DNA from: a bacterium
Lineage (GTDB): Bacteria; Planctomycetota; UBA1135; UBA2386
Direction of reading: 5' to 3'
Assembly (NCBI GenBank): GCA_030432695.1
Contig: JAUILN010000016.1
Span: forward strand, 113,178 to 177,177
Length of the DNA stretch: 64,000 bases
Of the stretch, positions 29,760 through 39,555 are shown piece by piece (within the stretch, counting starts at the first letter, position 1; each line of letters starts with the position of its first letter). The notes under the pieces were generated by a model that saw only the letters and a program-made list of their open reading frames with translations, was not told the DNA's origin and did no database searches. Made by a program: the position numbers and the translations under genes.

Positions 29760-30253
29760 CCCACTCCCCCATCCCGCCGCGGCGCACTCCGCCCCGCCGC
29801 CTTGCTCGCCTCCAGCAACCCCTTCAACTCCACCACCTCCTCCGGCCGCTTCGACCACAGATTCGTCGTCTCCCCCGGATCGACCTTCAGATCGTAGAGC
29901 TGCCCCGGCGCGTCCGGATCGGTCTCCGGCAACGCATAGGGCAACAGCCGCCCCCGGTCATAGCGATTCCGGCTTGACGGCCTCGTCGAGTGCCGGGCCT
30001 ATCGGCTCCTACTGGCTTACGCGTCGGCCCGGGCCCTCCTGGTCTACGACGCGTAGCTCGAGCAGCGTGGCGTCGCGATGGAGGACGTGCTGACGAAGAT
30101 CGTGGTCGTGAGTCGTGGATCGCGGGGCGAGCTGCGCTTCGGCTCGCGAGACCGAGCGGTCGACGGATGGTCCACGAAGAGGCTGACGTGGCTCGTGTCA
30201 CGCCAGTCTCGCTGGGGATGGCGCGCGAGGTCCCGAAGAGCGTAGCGCACGAC
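29715..30253. repeat. Copy B of the duplicated block (gene end + sulfatase tail + module)
   Basis: Near-identical to 1370-1908, including the same breakpoint and the same in-frame TAG in the module. Confidence 0.9.
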
Positions 30254-30261
30254 ACGACTGA

Positions 30262-30510
30262 ATCTTCGACCTCTACCAGCACAACAAGCTCAACAACCTG
30301 CAGAGTGAGATGGAGCTGCGCCGGGATGCCCAGGGCACGGTCGACGCGGACCGGCTGGAACGCGCGATCGGTGAGCTGGCCCTGGCGGTCAAGACCGTCC
30401 AGCGTCTCGCGGTCGAGAAGGGACTGTGCACCGCGCAGGAATTCCAGGACCGCATGCGCACGATCGACGCCGAGGACGGCCGGACCGACGGGCAGAGTCC
30501 GGTGCCGTGA
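30262..30510 (+). pseudogene. 5'-damaged small hypothetical gene
   Basis: D*IFDLYQH...ERAIGELALAVK...IDAEDGRTDG; begins right after repeat copy B. Confidence 0.5.
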
Positions 30511-30524
30511 TGGTGCTGGTGGGC

Positions 30525-31574
30525 TCAGCTGCCGATCAACACGTAGCCGACCGGCGAGCTGACGAAGCCGAGCGCATTGGCCGGCGGATCGAGGAAGTAG
30601 CCCTGCAGGAACGCCATGCCGCCCACTGCCCCGGGGACGGCCGGCATCGTGACGTTCAACAACGCGTCGCCCTGTGCCGACAGCGGAATCGCGGCGGAGA
30701 CCAGCCCGGGCAGGTGCGTGTATTGACGGCAGCCTGGCATGCCGAATCCGCTCAGGTCCTGGGTGGCCGTCGCCACGCGCGTGTCGGCGATCAGCAGCGC
30801 GACACCGTTCGCGGGACCGTTGCCGAGTGCGATCCCGAAGTTGGCACCGAGCGCGGCACTGCCGGTCAGATCGAGGGTCGGCACGCCGGCCGAGCCGACA
30901 CAGCCGTGACCGTTCACGGCGAGCACCGGGACGTCGAAGCAGATCTTCATCTTCGGAGCGCCCTGCCCCACGACGCCGGTGGCCGGTGCCCCGCCGCCGA
31001 AGCCCGCCACGTGGACATGGTCCAACGTCGGATCGCTGAGGAAGCCGGGCTGAGGCGAACCGGTCAGGGCGCCGCCGTGGACGTCGATCTCGACGATGAG
31101 ATCGCGGTTGCTGGTCGGATCGAACGGGAACGACTCACGCCAGCCGAGATGGTTCCACCGGCCGGCCGTCACGCGCCAGTCCCAGGCCACACCGCTCATG
31201 ACTCCGGCACCGAAGCCGGGATGGTTGCGGTGGAACACGGGATCCAGCGGGGTTCCGGCGGGCAGTGAGCCCAGGCCGATGCCGACCCGGCTCAGGCTCC
31301 GCGTGCCGGTCCCCGCGGGCGCGAATCCGATCTCTCGGATGCGCACGACCCGCCGGGGGAACAGCGCGTTGGGGATCCGCACCAGCAGATGCTGGTTGGC
31401 GGTCTGCAGGTCGTTCGGATCGGTTCCTCCGAACGGGACGACCGAGGCGGGCCCGGTCGTCGGGTCGTTGTCCGGGACGTAGATGCAGTCCTGCGCCGCG
31501 ATCGGCAGCGTCGACAGCAGGGAGACGATGGCGGCTGCGAGAACGCGGAGCAGCAGATGGGGTCGGAGAGTCAT
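30525..31574 (-). CDS. Secreted protein with C-terminal GxGC...Q...S domain
   Basis: Signal peptide ...LPIAA-Q; C-terminus GHGC...PGC...LQGYFLDP.ANALGFVSS. Confidence 0.82.
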   Translation of the reverse strand: MTLRPHLLLRVLAAAIVSLLSTLPIAAQDCIYVPDNDPTTGPASVVPFGGTDPNDLQTANQHLLVRIPNALFPRRVVRIREIGFAPAGTGTRSLSRVGIGLGSLPAGTPLDPVFHRNHPGFGAGVMSGVAWDWRVTAGRWNHLGWRESFPFDPTSNRDLIVEIDVHGGALTGSPQPGFLSDPTLDHVHVAGFGGGAPATGVVGQGAPKMKICFDVPVLAVNGHGCVGSAGVPTLDLTGSAALGANFGIALGNGPANGVALLIADTRVATATQDLSGFGMPGCRQYTHLPGLVSAAIPLSAQGDALLNVTMPAVPGAVGGMAFLQGYFLDPPANALGFVSSPVGYVLIGS

Positions 31575-31842
31575 GACTCGTAGGAAGTGGGGATCCGATG
31601 CGATGGCCTCCGACATGCGGCGGCGCGCGGCGGGACCCTGCACGATTCGGTGGATTCCTGGCGATCACACCGCGCCGTGCCGGCCCCGGCGCTGCGTACG
31701 GAACCCGGACCGGTGTGTGCGCATGGCGGCCCCTCAGAACGCCGATCGGTGACGGCACGGCCATCGCCCTTCGGTGTGCGTCGCCGTCGCGCCAAGCGAT
31801 GACTCTTTGCAACTCCCACCCACGAAACAGAAAGAGACACCG

Positions 31843-32030
31843 ATGCACTTCGCCACCAAGACCCTGTTCCTCGCCGTCGCCCTCACCGCGGGCGTCACCG
31901 CCCAGACCCAACTGGTCCGCGGCGACGTCGACAGCGTCAGCGGCTCGAACCGCTTCCAGCTCGACTGCACGCGGATCCCCTTGACCAGCTCGACGGTCAA
32001 CCTGGAGCAGCTCCACGACCAGAGCCGTCA
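31843..32030 (+). pseudogene. Secreted protein truncated by oriIS copy 4
   Basis: MHFATKTLFLAVALTAGVTA-Q... runs into GCGCGTAGGA at 32031. Confidence 0.8.
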
Positions 32031-32983
32031 GCGCGTAGGAGCGATAACGGGGGTTCTGGAACCCAGCCACTTCGACCCGATCCACCCCGAACCCCACAGG
32101 CTCCCCCACCAGCGCCTCGCTCGGCCCCTCTTCTGGCCTCATCGCGAAACCTCGCCCGAACCTGGACGCGCCGCAACCCGCGCAGTCGGACCGGTGCTCC
32201 ACGGCGACCCCGCATCCGCACCGCTCAGCGCACTCAGATCACTCCACCCACAGGCCCGGAGCTTGCGGCGGCGGGCGTGCCGTTGACAGCGGCGGCGACG
32301 TTACTGGCACCCCCAGGTGCGACAGCACTCGCGTCATCGTCCGCGGATCGGTGATGAACCCGCGAAGCGGGTCGCTGCATCCGATGCTCATCAGCCTCCG
32401 CAGGAGGCTGCAGCAATACTGTCTGCGGCCAGGTCAGCAGGCGACGGCGGGTCTCGCACGCGCCCGCCCGTGCATGCTCGGGCGGGTCCCCGCTGAGGAC
32501 AGATCAAGATGTCCACACCGAAGCTCCTCCGCATCAGCTCCGCCCACGTCCAGTGGCGCCGCCAGTGCGGCTTCCTCTCCCGCTTCTCCCCCGCCTCCCG
32601 GCATGGCCGCCCTTGCCTCGACCGGAACGCAGGACGCTCACCCTCGTCCTCGGGAGGCACCGGCACCACCCGCTCGCGGTACGACGCCGCGGGGGCGAAC
32701 GCTCCGTGGTAGGTCACCAGATTGCTATGCGGCCGCGGCACCAGTGCTGCCAGCCGCTCGATGAGAACCAGCGGCTCGAATACCACCAGCTTCGTGCCGT
32801 CCTTCCACGGCCGCTCGAGCCGGTACACCACCTTCCCGTCACGCGTCCACGCCAGCCGCGACTCGTCCAGCGCGGGGCGCAGCACATACCGACACAGCCG
32901 CTCCAACGCGTCCTCCCGCCCTTCCGCCACACGCGTCGCGGCGTGCAGTGAGAACCCGCGGTAGCGCGCCTGCAGCGTAGGAC
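32031..32983 (-). mobile_element. ISCR/IS91-like copy 4: oriIS end + C-terminal half of the transposase with two hairpin insertions
   Basis: GFSLHA...ERLCRYVLRP...WKDGT...YHGAFAP; closely matches 43002-43870. Confidence 0.9.
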
Positions 32984-33050
32984 TGACCTTCCCCCATTTC
33001 ATTAGACAGCGGGGATCAGGCGGCAGTCACCGCCATCAGATTGTGCGTCT
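32984..33050 (-). mobile_element. IS3-family right-end remnant
   Basis: Minus strand ...ACTGCCGCCTGA-TCCCCGCTGTCTAATGAAATGGGGGAAGGTCA: an ...AA* ORF end followed by an IS3-like terminal repeat ending CA. Confidence 0.5.
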
Positions 33051-33866
33051 GCCCCCGCAGTGCGGGCACGTTAGCATGTCGAGAAGAAAGACCCTCTTCA
33101 CCATCTCCGCCCAGGAGTATCTCCGCCGATGCGGTCGCGGTGGTACGGGAGCGGGATCGGTCGAGGTCGTCGCGTGCGGGCAGGTTGGGGCGGCGCCAGG
33201 GAGGTTCGCGTCCTCGTCGGGCGGTGGCTCGGGAACGACCCGATCTCGGAAGGAGGCTGCAGGAGCGAAGATCCCGTGGTAGGTGGTGAGGTGGACGCGG
33301 GGTCGCGGTACCAGGGCGGCGAGGCGTTCGATCAGGGTGATGGGGGCGAGGACCACATGCGTCGATCCGTCCTTCCAGCGTCTCTTGAGCTTGTAGAGCA
33401 CTTTCTTGCCGTCGGCGCTCATTGACAGGCGTTCGTGGACGACGAGCGGCCGCGCCGCGTAGCGGCAGAGCTGCTCCAGGCGTCCGCGGGCGTAGCCAGC
33501 GATGCAGACCCCGGCGTGGAGAGAGAAGCCCTCGGCGTCGGCGCAGAGCTTGCCGCGACGGAACTCTCCGCCGCCGTCGAGCGAACCACGACCGAGCCGA
33601 GGGACGGGCGAGCCGGCGTTCGGCCCGAGCGCGATGCGACCCTGGACGGCGGCGGCGCCGAGGATCTGGAGTACGGACGGCTCGAGCGTCGTCGGGTCGT
33701 CGGCGGGGGTATCGTCCTCAGGGAGCTTGCCGTGCTTGCGGAGGTAGCGGAGGACGCGCTGACGGATCGCGCGGGCGAGCCTGTCGATGTCGTCGTCGGT
33801 GATCTGCGGGGCGGGATGGAAGGTGGCGCGGTCACCGACTGCCGAGCTGCAGGTGAACACCCCGTC
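33051..33866 (-). pseudogene. Second, divergent ISCR/IS91-like transposase, truncated at both ends
   Basis: DGVF...GFSLHAG...EQLCRYAARP...WKDGSTH...YHGIFAP...WAEMVKRVF...CPHCGG. Confidence 0.88.
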
Positions 33867-34008
33867 CGGCCAGGATTCTCGGCCGAGCGAAAGACCGCGC
33901 GGCGCACAGCATGCCGCGGGCCGCGCGCAGCGCACGTCGATCGTCGCGAAGCGGATCGCTCGGTCGATGCGACGTCACCCTGCTCGCGATGAGTCGGGCG
34001 CCGCGCGC

Positions 34009-34608
34009 TCAGGTCTCGTCCGCGAGCTCATCGGCGAGTCGCGCGAGGCCACGCGACACCGCAGCGCGCACCGCCGACTCGCTGACCTTCATCCGCGCGG
34101 CGATGTCCGGGTAGTCCAGCCCGAGCACCCGCGAGTAGGCCACCGCCTCGGCCTGCTGGCCCGGCAGGCGCTGGATCGCCGCCTCGATCCGCTCCACCTC
34201 TTCCCGCGCCGACGCCGCGCGCGACGGCGTGAGGATCGACGCGTAGCTTCTCAGCAGAGACCCCGGATTCGACCCGAGTCCCCGTTCGCGGGCCGCGTCT
34301 CGCTTGGCCTGGCGATGGAAGCGACCCCGATCGACCAGCTTGCGCGTCGCCAACAGGTACAGCCAGTTGCGGAACTCGCGCTCACCGCGGTACTCGATGT
34401 CGTGGATGTCCTGCAGCGCCTCGCGGCAGACCGACTGCACCAGGTCGTGGATCGATTCGCGCTCGGTCAGCAGGCTCCCCGCGCGCAATCGGACGAACGC
34501 CTCCAGCGGCGGCAGGTGCTCTGCCAGGAGCTCGCCCACCGCACGTTCGTCGCCGTCGCGCGCGCGGACGACCGTCTCGCGCAAGCTGTCGTCGTTCACG
34601 AATGCCAT
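34009..34608 (-). CDS. ECF sigma factor, kinase-associated planctomycete type (TIGR02984-like)
   Basis: LEAFVRLR...ESIHDLVQSV...FRNWL...TPSRAASAREE...HTH. Confidence 0.9.
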   Translation of the reverse strand: MAFVNDDSLRETVVRARDGDERAVGELLAEHLPPLEAFVRLRAGSLLTERESIHDLVQSVCREALQDIHDIEYRGEREFRNWLYLLATRKLVDRGRFHRQAKRDAARERGLGSNPGSLLRSYASILTPSRAASAREEVERIEAAIQRLPGQQAEAVAYSRVLGLDYPDIAARMKVSESAVRAAVSRGLARLADELADET

Positions 34609-34685
34609 TCTCGCGAAAGAGCGGACCGCCCGCCCGTCGAGCCCGCGGAAACTGTTCTTCTGATGAATCTCGCGAACCACCCGTC

Positions 34686-37118
34686 TCAGCCGCCGAAGCG
34701 CTTGCGTTCGGCGATCAGCGCCGCCTTCTCGCCGTCGTCCTCGATCACGCCCCTCTCGATCAGATCCAGCAGGAACTCGATCAGGACACCGCCCAGATGA
34801 CCGAGCCTGGCGTGCGCGGGGTCGGCGGCCCGGCCGCGGCGCGCCAGCGCGAGCCCGCGGCGCAGCGGCGCGCCCGCCTCTTCGTAGCGTTCGAGACGGT
34901 GCAGGTAGCCGCCCAGCAGCGCGACGTTCTCGACTGCGGCCTCGAGGAAGCGCATGTTGTCCGGATTGCCGGCCAGCAGCGCGTCGTAGCCGACGCGGGC
35001 TGCTTCGAATCGTTCGACCGCCCTTCCCAGTTGCTTCAGCTGAGCCGCGAACTTGCCCGAGAGGACGAGCACCTCGACCCGATTCGCGCGGTAGCCCTCC
35101 AACTCGCGCTCGGCCGGAGGCACCGCGTCGAGCACCAGAAGGGCCTTGGTGAGGAGTTCCTGTCCACCGATGACGTCACGGGCCTCGGCGGCCGCGATCG
35201 CGCGCGACTCGATGAGATTCGCCTGCTGCAGCAGATCCCCCGCACTCCCCCGCTGCGACACCAGCTCCCCGGCCAGCGCCATGGCGCGATCGAGGTGCGC
35301 CACGGACGCGACTCCCTGCTCCGACGCAGCCTGCCCCCGGTCGATGTCATAGGCGAGGCCGTGAGCCTCGACCAGGTCGTGCAGGCGATCGCCATCGGTG
35401 CCGTGATCGCTGAGCAGCGCCAGCGCCGCGTCGATCTCGCCTGCCGCGACATCCAACTGCCCGCGCACGGCAAACATGTGCGCGAGCCGCATCCGCGCGA
35501 CCCCGCTCTTCCAACCGAATCGCGGATCGTCGGGCCACTGTTCGGCCATTGCCGCCAACTCGTCGAGGCTGCCGCGCAACAGCGGCTCGACCTCGGCGGC
35601 GGCACCGCGCAGGCCCATCGCCTCGCTGCCGAGCGCGAGGTCGGTGATCGCCAGCCGGTAGCGCAGCTCGTGATCGTCGGCTCGCAGCGCGGCCAGGCGC
35701 TGGTAGAAACGCCGGGCGTCGCGGTAGAGCTCGAACATCAGCTCCGACGCGTTGGGCCGCCCGCGCAACCTGGATTCCGCGTTGCGAAAGAGCAGCTCGT
35801 CGACCGCGTCGACGGCAGCACCGTACATCGTCGTGGCCTCGGCGGCGTTGCGTTCGGCCCGAAGCATGGCGAGCACGATGCCGGTCGCGCCGACCACCGT
35901 CGTGATCGCGATCGCCGTGCCGACCGCGACGGCGACGCGGTGGCGGCGCACCGCCTTGCGCAGGCGATACGAACGCGATGGCGGCGCCGCCTCGACCTGA
36001 CCGCCGGCGAGGTGACGACGCAGGTCGTCGGCGAAGTCGCGCACCGACGGGTAGCGACGCTGCGGCTCCTTGGCGAGCGCGCATAGCGTGATCCAGTCGA
36101 GCTCGCCCCGCAGGCAGCGGCGCAGGGCGAGCGTATCGGCGCCGCGGGTCTCGGCCCGCAGTCCGGAGCCGGGATCCAGACTGACGCGCGAGCTCGGCGT
36201 CGGCGGCTCGGACTCGCGCAGGATCCGCTGCACGGTTGCCCAGGCGCCGCCGCGCAGGTGTCGGCTGTCGATCGGTAGCGCCCCAGTGATCAGCTCGTAG
36301 AACACGGCCCCCAGGGAGTAGACGTCGCTGCGGGCATCGACTGCCGCGGCAGAATCCGTCGCCTGCTCGGGGCTCATGTATTCGGGCGTGCCGACCACAT
36401 GGCCATCGAGGGTGTACGCGGTCCGCTCGAAGTCGGCGGCGCCGAGCAACTTCGCGAGTCCGAAGTCGATGACCTTGACCAGGGGTTCACCGTCCACCTC
36501 GGTGACGAGAATGTTCGACGGCTTGAGGTCACGGTGGATCACGCCCTTGAGGTGGGCGTGCTCGACCGCCGCCAGCACGTCGAGGAACAGCTCGGCGCGG
36601 GCCCTGACGTCGAGCTGCCGGCTGTCGCACCAAGCCGTGATCGGCTGCCCCTCGACGTACTCCATCGCGAAGAACGACCGGCCGTCCGGCGTCGCCCCGG
36701 CATCGAAGATCTGGGCGATGTGCGGGTGCTGCATCCGCGCCAGGGTCTCGTGCTCCAGTCGGAAGCGGGCGAGGATCTCATCGGTGTCCATGCCGCGCTT
36801 GACCAACTTGAGCGCCACGTGCCGCCTGACCAGGCCGGTCTGTTCGCACAGGTAGACGCTGCCCATGCCGCCGCTGCCGAGCTTGTGCTGGACCTCGTAC
36901 TGCCCGAACGACTCGAGCCCACCGTTGCGGTCGTCGTCGCGATCACCGTCGCGACTGCCGAGCAGGCCGAGGCCGCGCAGACGGTCCAGGCGGTCCTGCA
37001 CCTGATCGCGCAGCTCAGCGTGCTCCGCGCAGACCCGGGACACCGGATCGGCCTCGCCGCGGTCGAGGGCATCGACGCAGCGGGCCACCAGATCCTGGAC
37101 TTCGTCGCACTGGCTCAT
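34686..37118 (-). CDS. Serine/threonine protein kinase with TM helix and TPR-like C-terminus
   Basis: LGSGGMGSVY, HRDLKPSN, DFGLAK, GTPEYMSPE; TM; helical repeats. Confidence 0.95.
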   Translation of the reverse strand: MSQCDEVQDLVARCVDALDRGEADPVSRVCAEHAELRDQVQDRLDRLRGLGLLGSRDGDRDDDRNGGLESFGQYEVQHKLGSGGMGSVYLCEQTGLVRRHVALKLVKRGMDTDEILARFRLEHETLARMQHPHIAQIFDAGATPDGRSFFAMEYVEGQPITAWCDSRQLDVRARAELFLDVLAAVEHAHLKGVIHRDLKPSNILVTEVDGEPLVKVIDFGLAKLLGAADFERTAYTLDGHVVGTPEYMSPEQATDSAAAVDARSDVYSLGAVFYELITGALPIDSRHLRGGAWATVQRILRESEPPTPSSRVSLDPGSGLRAETRGADTLALRRCLRGELDWITLCALAKEPQRRYPSVRDFADDLRRHLAGGQVEAAPPSRSYRLRKAVRRHRVAVAVGTAIAITTVVGATGIVLAMLRAERNAAEATTMYGAAVDAVDELLFRNAESRLRGRPNASELMFELYRDARRFYQRLAALRADDHELRYRLAITDLALGSEAMGLRGAAAEVEPLLRGSLDELAAMAEQWPDDPRFGWKSGVARMRLAHMFAVRGQLDVAAGEIDAALALLSDHGTDGDRLHDLVEAHGLAYDIDRGQAASEQGVASVAHLDRAMALAGELVSQRGSAGDLLQQANLIESRAIAAAEARDVIGGQELLTKALLVLDAVPPAERELEGYRANRVEVLVLSGKFAAQLKQLGRAVERFEAARVGYDALLAGNPDNMRFLEAAVENVALLGGYLHRLERYEEAGAPLRRGLALARRGRAADPAHARLGHLGGVLIEFLLDLIERGVIEDDGEKAALIAERKRFGG

Positions 37119-37363
37119 GGATCGCCCGCCCCAACCTACCGCGCGGCCCCGGCTCGGGGTCGGGTACCGGTCGGCGTTCCGATCAGAGCGGCGGATCGGG
37201 CCCACGCGCCCGCAAAAAGTGGAGATTTCCGGCGCGGCCCACCTGAAGCGCGGGTCGCCGAGAAATGCGCAGACTCCGCGGGCACGCGCCGCCACGCGTC
37301 CGCTCTTCGTAGCGCGATCTCCGGCCCGCGCCGCGGCCGGCCCCAGTTTCCCCCGAGGTCCTG

Positions 37364-39547
37364 ATGCACTGCCTGTCCGCCGCCGCCTTGCTCTCCGCAA
37401 CCCTCTCCGCACAGGTGCCCGAGGCGCCCTCGCCCGCACCGCTCACCGATCGCCCCGAGGGTCGACTCTCCGCGGCATCGATCGACCTCAGCGCGCAGGT
37501 CACAGAGGCGGCGATCGGCCACTTCGACGGCGTCTGGTGGGGGTCGGGAGCGGACTACTCGGCGCGCTTCGCGGCCGACGGCCTGACCTTCAGTCCGAAC
37601 TTCGCCATGCCGCGCGGCGGCGCCGTGCGATTCGAGTTCGAGTCGGCGCGGCGCCTCGGGGGTGACGCCTGGACGGCGGATCCGGTCGAGCCGCGGGGCG
37701 ACGCCCTGGCCAGCATCGTCGACTACCCGCGGGGCGCCGTGCTCGAGCGTTACGAGCTGCGCGGCCACGACCTCGAGCAGAGCTTCGTGTTCGACCGCTT
37801 GCCGCCGGGCTGCGGCGACCTGGTTGTCACTCTGCACACCGAGACCACGCTGACCTGCTCGACCGAAGGCCGCGCCGACGCGGGGTTCGCGTACGACGCC
37901 CCGGGCTGCGGCTCGATCACCGTCGGCCGCGTCGTCGGCATCGACGCAAACGGTCGGCGCTCCGACGGCTGGATCCGGGTCGCGCCCGGGCAGCTCGAGC
38001 TCGGCCTGCCGCAGCGATTCGTCGACACGGCCGCGCTCCCACTGACGGTCGACCCAGTGATCGGCAGCACGTTCCTGGTCACGGCCGGGCAGAACCGCGC
38101 GCCCGACGTCGCGTACGACCTGACCAACGACATCTACCTGGTGGCCTGGGTGGCGACGGGTTCGCAGTCTTTCGCCAAGGCACGACGCGTCGGCTCGGAC
38201 GGGCAGCCGATCGGCGGCGTGCTGCTGCTCGGCCCCTGCAATGACTATTCACCCGTGCGGGTGGCGAACATCAACGACCGCGATTCGTTCGTTGCCGTGT
38301 ACAACGACAACGGCGTCCTGAAGGCGCGGCGCGTCCTGCCGAACGGCGTGACGAGCGTGACGCCGATCACGATCGCGAACGTCGCTTCCAACGCCGCGTT
38401 CGACGTCGGCGGCGACATCACGACCAGCGATAACGACGTAGTCGTCGTCTGGGCAGATACCAGCGGCCACATCCGCGCCGCGCAGATCGAGGACTCGCCG
38501 AGCCGAGGCTTCCACGTGTTCGGCGAGACGGTGATCTGCAGCGGCAACTGCAGCGGACCGGCCATCGCCGAGAGTGGCGGGAGCGCCGGCCGGTACCTGG
38601 TCGTGTGGAACCAGGCCCTCAGCAACAGCGACCGGGTGATCCGCGGCGTCGTGATGGACCGCAATCTGGCCGTGCTCGACTCACTGGTCCAGGTCACGCT
38701 CAGTGGCGGCGCGAGTGACTTCAATCCGGACGTCGATGGCGACGGCCTGCAATGGGTCGTCTCGTACCTCCGCCTTCTCAGCGGCGAGTACGACGTCATG
38801 TGCCGCTCGGTGCAGTTCCATCCAGCGAACCCCGCGGGCACCTTCATCGGCCCCGAGATGGTCATCGAGGCGGATCCGCGAGACCGAGAAGAGTCCCCGG
38901 CCGTCGCCTGGCTCGGCGGTTCCGCACTGGTCTCCTATGTCGACAACAACTCATCTCAGGGCGACGTCTACGGCAAGACCGTCGATCCGTTCGACTGCAC
39001 GATCTGCGAGACTCAGTTCACGCTGGAGGAGGGCCCCGAGAGAACCTACTACGTGAGTTGCGCGAGCACCCACAGCGGGGGCGCCGACGACGACCGTGCC
39101 CTGATCGTCTGGGAGAGCAAGGGCGCGAACAACGCCGGCGAGATCCGCGCGCGACGCTTCCTCGCGTCGGACGGCATCGCCACCGACCTCGGCGGCGGCT
39201 GCGGCAGCGGCGGCACGAACTACGCGACCTGCGCGCGGACCGGTCAGTCCGGGTTCCGATTCCAAGTGCGGGAGGGCCGCAGCGCGACCAGCCTGCTGTT
39301 CGTCGGACCCGAGCGCATCGACGCCGGCTGCGGTCCCTGCCGGCTGGTGCCCGACCCGGCGAGCAGCGCGGTGGTGCTGGTCTCGACCAGCGCGGCCGGT
39401 CGCGCGGAGGTCGCCGTGCCGATCCCCAACAGCACGCACGTGCGCGGCATCAAGCTCTACAGCCAGTGGCTCCTGCTCTCGTCCGCCGGAGCCTGCACGC
39501 GCCTGCCCGGCGACTTCTCCAACGCACTCGAGATCACCATCCAGTGA
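37364..39547 (+). CDS. Large secreted protein, paralogue 2 of 3
   Basis: Signal peptide ...TLSA-Q; same three-part architecture as 10580. Confidence 0.87.
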   Translation: MHCLSAAALLSATLSAQVPEAPSPAPLTDRPEGRLSAASIDLSAQVTEAAIGHFDGVWWGSGADYSARFAADGLTFSPNFAMPRGGAVRFEFESARRLGGDAWTADPVEPRGDALASIVDYPRGAVLERYELRGHDLEQSFVFDRLPPGCGDLVVTLHTETTLTCSTEGRADAGFAYDAPGCGSITVGRVVGIDANGRRSDGWIRVAPGQLELGLPQRFVDTAALPLTVDPVIGSTFLVTAGQNRAPDVAYDLTNDIYLVAWVATGSQSFAKARRVGSDGQPIGGVLLLGPCNDYSPVRVANINDRDSFVAVYNDNGVLKARRVLPNGVTSVTPITIANVASNAAFDVGGDITTSDNDVVVVWADTSGHIRAAQIEDSPSRGFHVFGETVICSGNCSGPAIAESGGSAGRYLVVWNQALSNSDRVIRGVVMDRNLAVLDSLVQVTLSGGASDFNPDVDGDGLQWVVSYLRLLSGEYDVMCRSVQFHPANPAGTFIGPEMVIEADPRDREESPAVAWLGGSALVSYVDNNSSQGDVYGKTVDPFDCTICETQFTLEEGPERTYYVSCASTHSGGADDDRALIVWESKGANNAGEIRARRFLASDGIATDLGGGCGSGGTNYATCARTGQSGFRFQVREGRSATSLLFVGPERIDAGCGPCRLVPDPASSAVVLVSTSAAGRAEVAVPIPNSTHVRGIKLYSQWLLLSSAGACTRLPGDFSNALEITIQ

Positions 39548-39555
39548 GGCACGTC

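Noticed and set aside
1370-30253. Duplicated block as a diversity-generating retroelement TR/VR pair
   Set aside because: No reverse transcriptase in the window, and the differences are not visibly confined to adenines.
30259-30261. In-frame TGA (D*IFDLYQ) as recoding
   Set aside because: It lies at a rearrangement junction, fits a mutated Trp, and has no clear SECIS-like stem.
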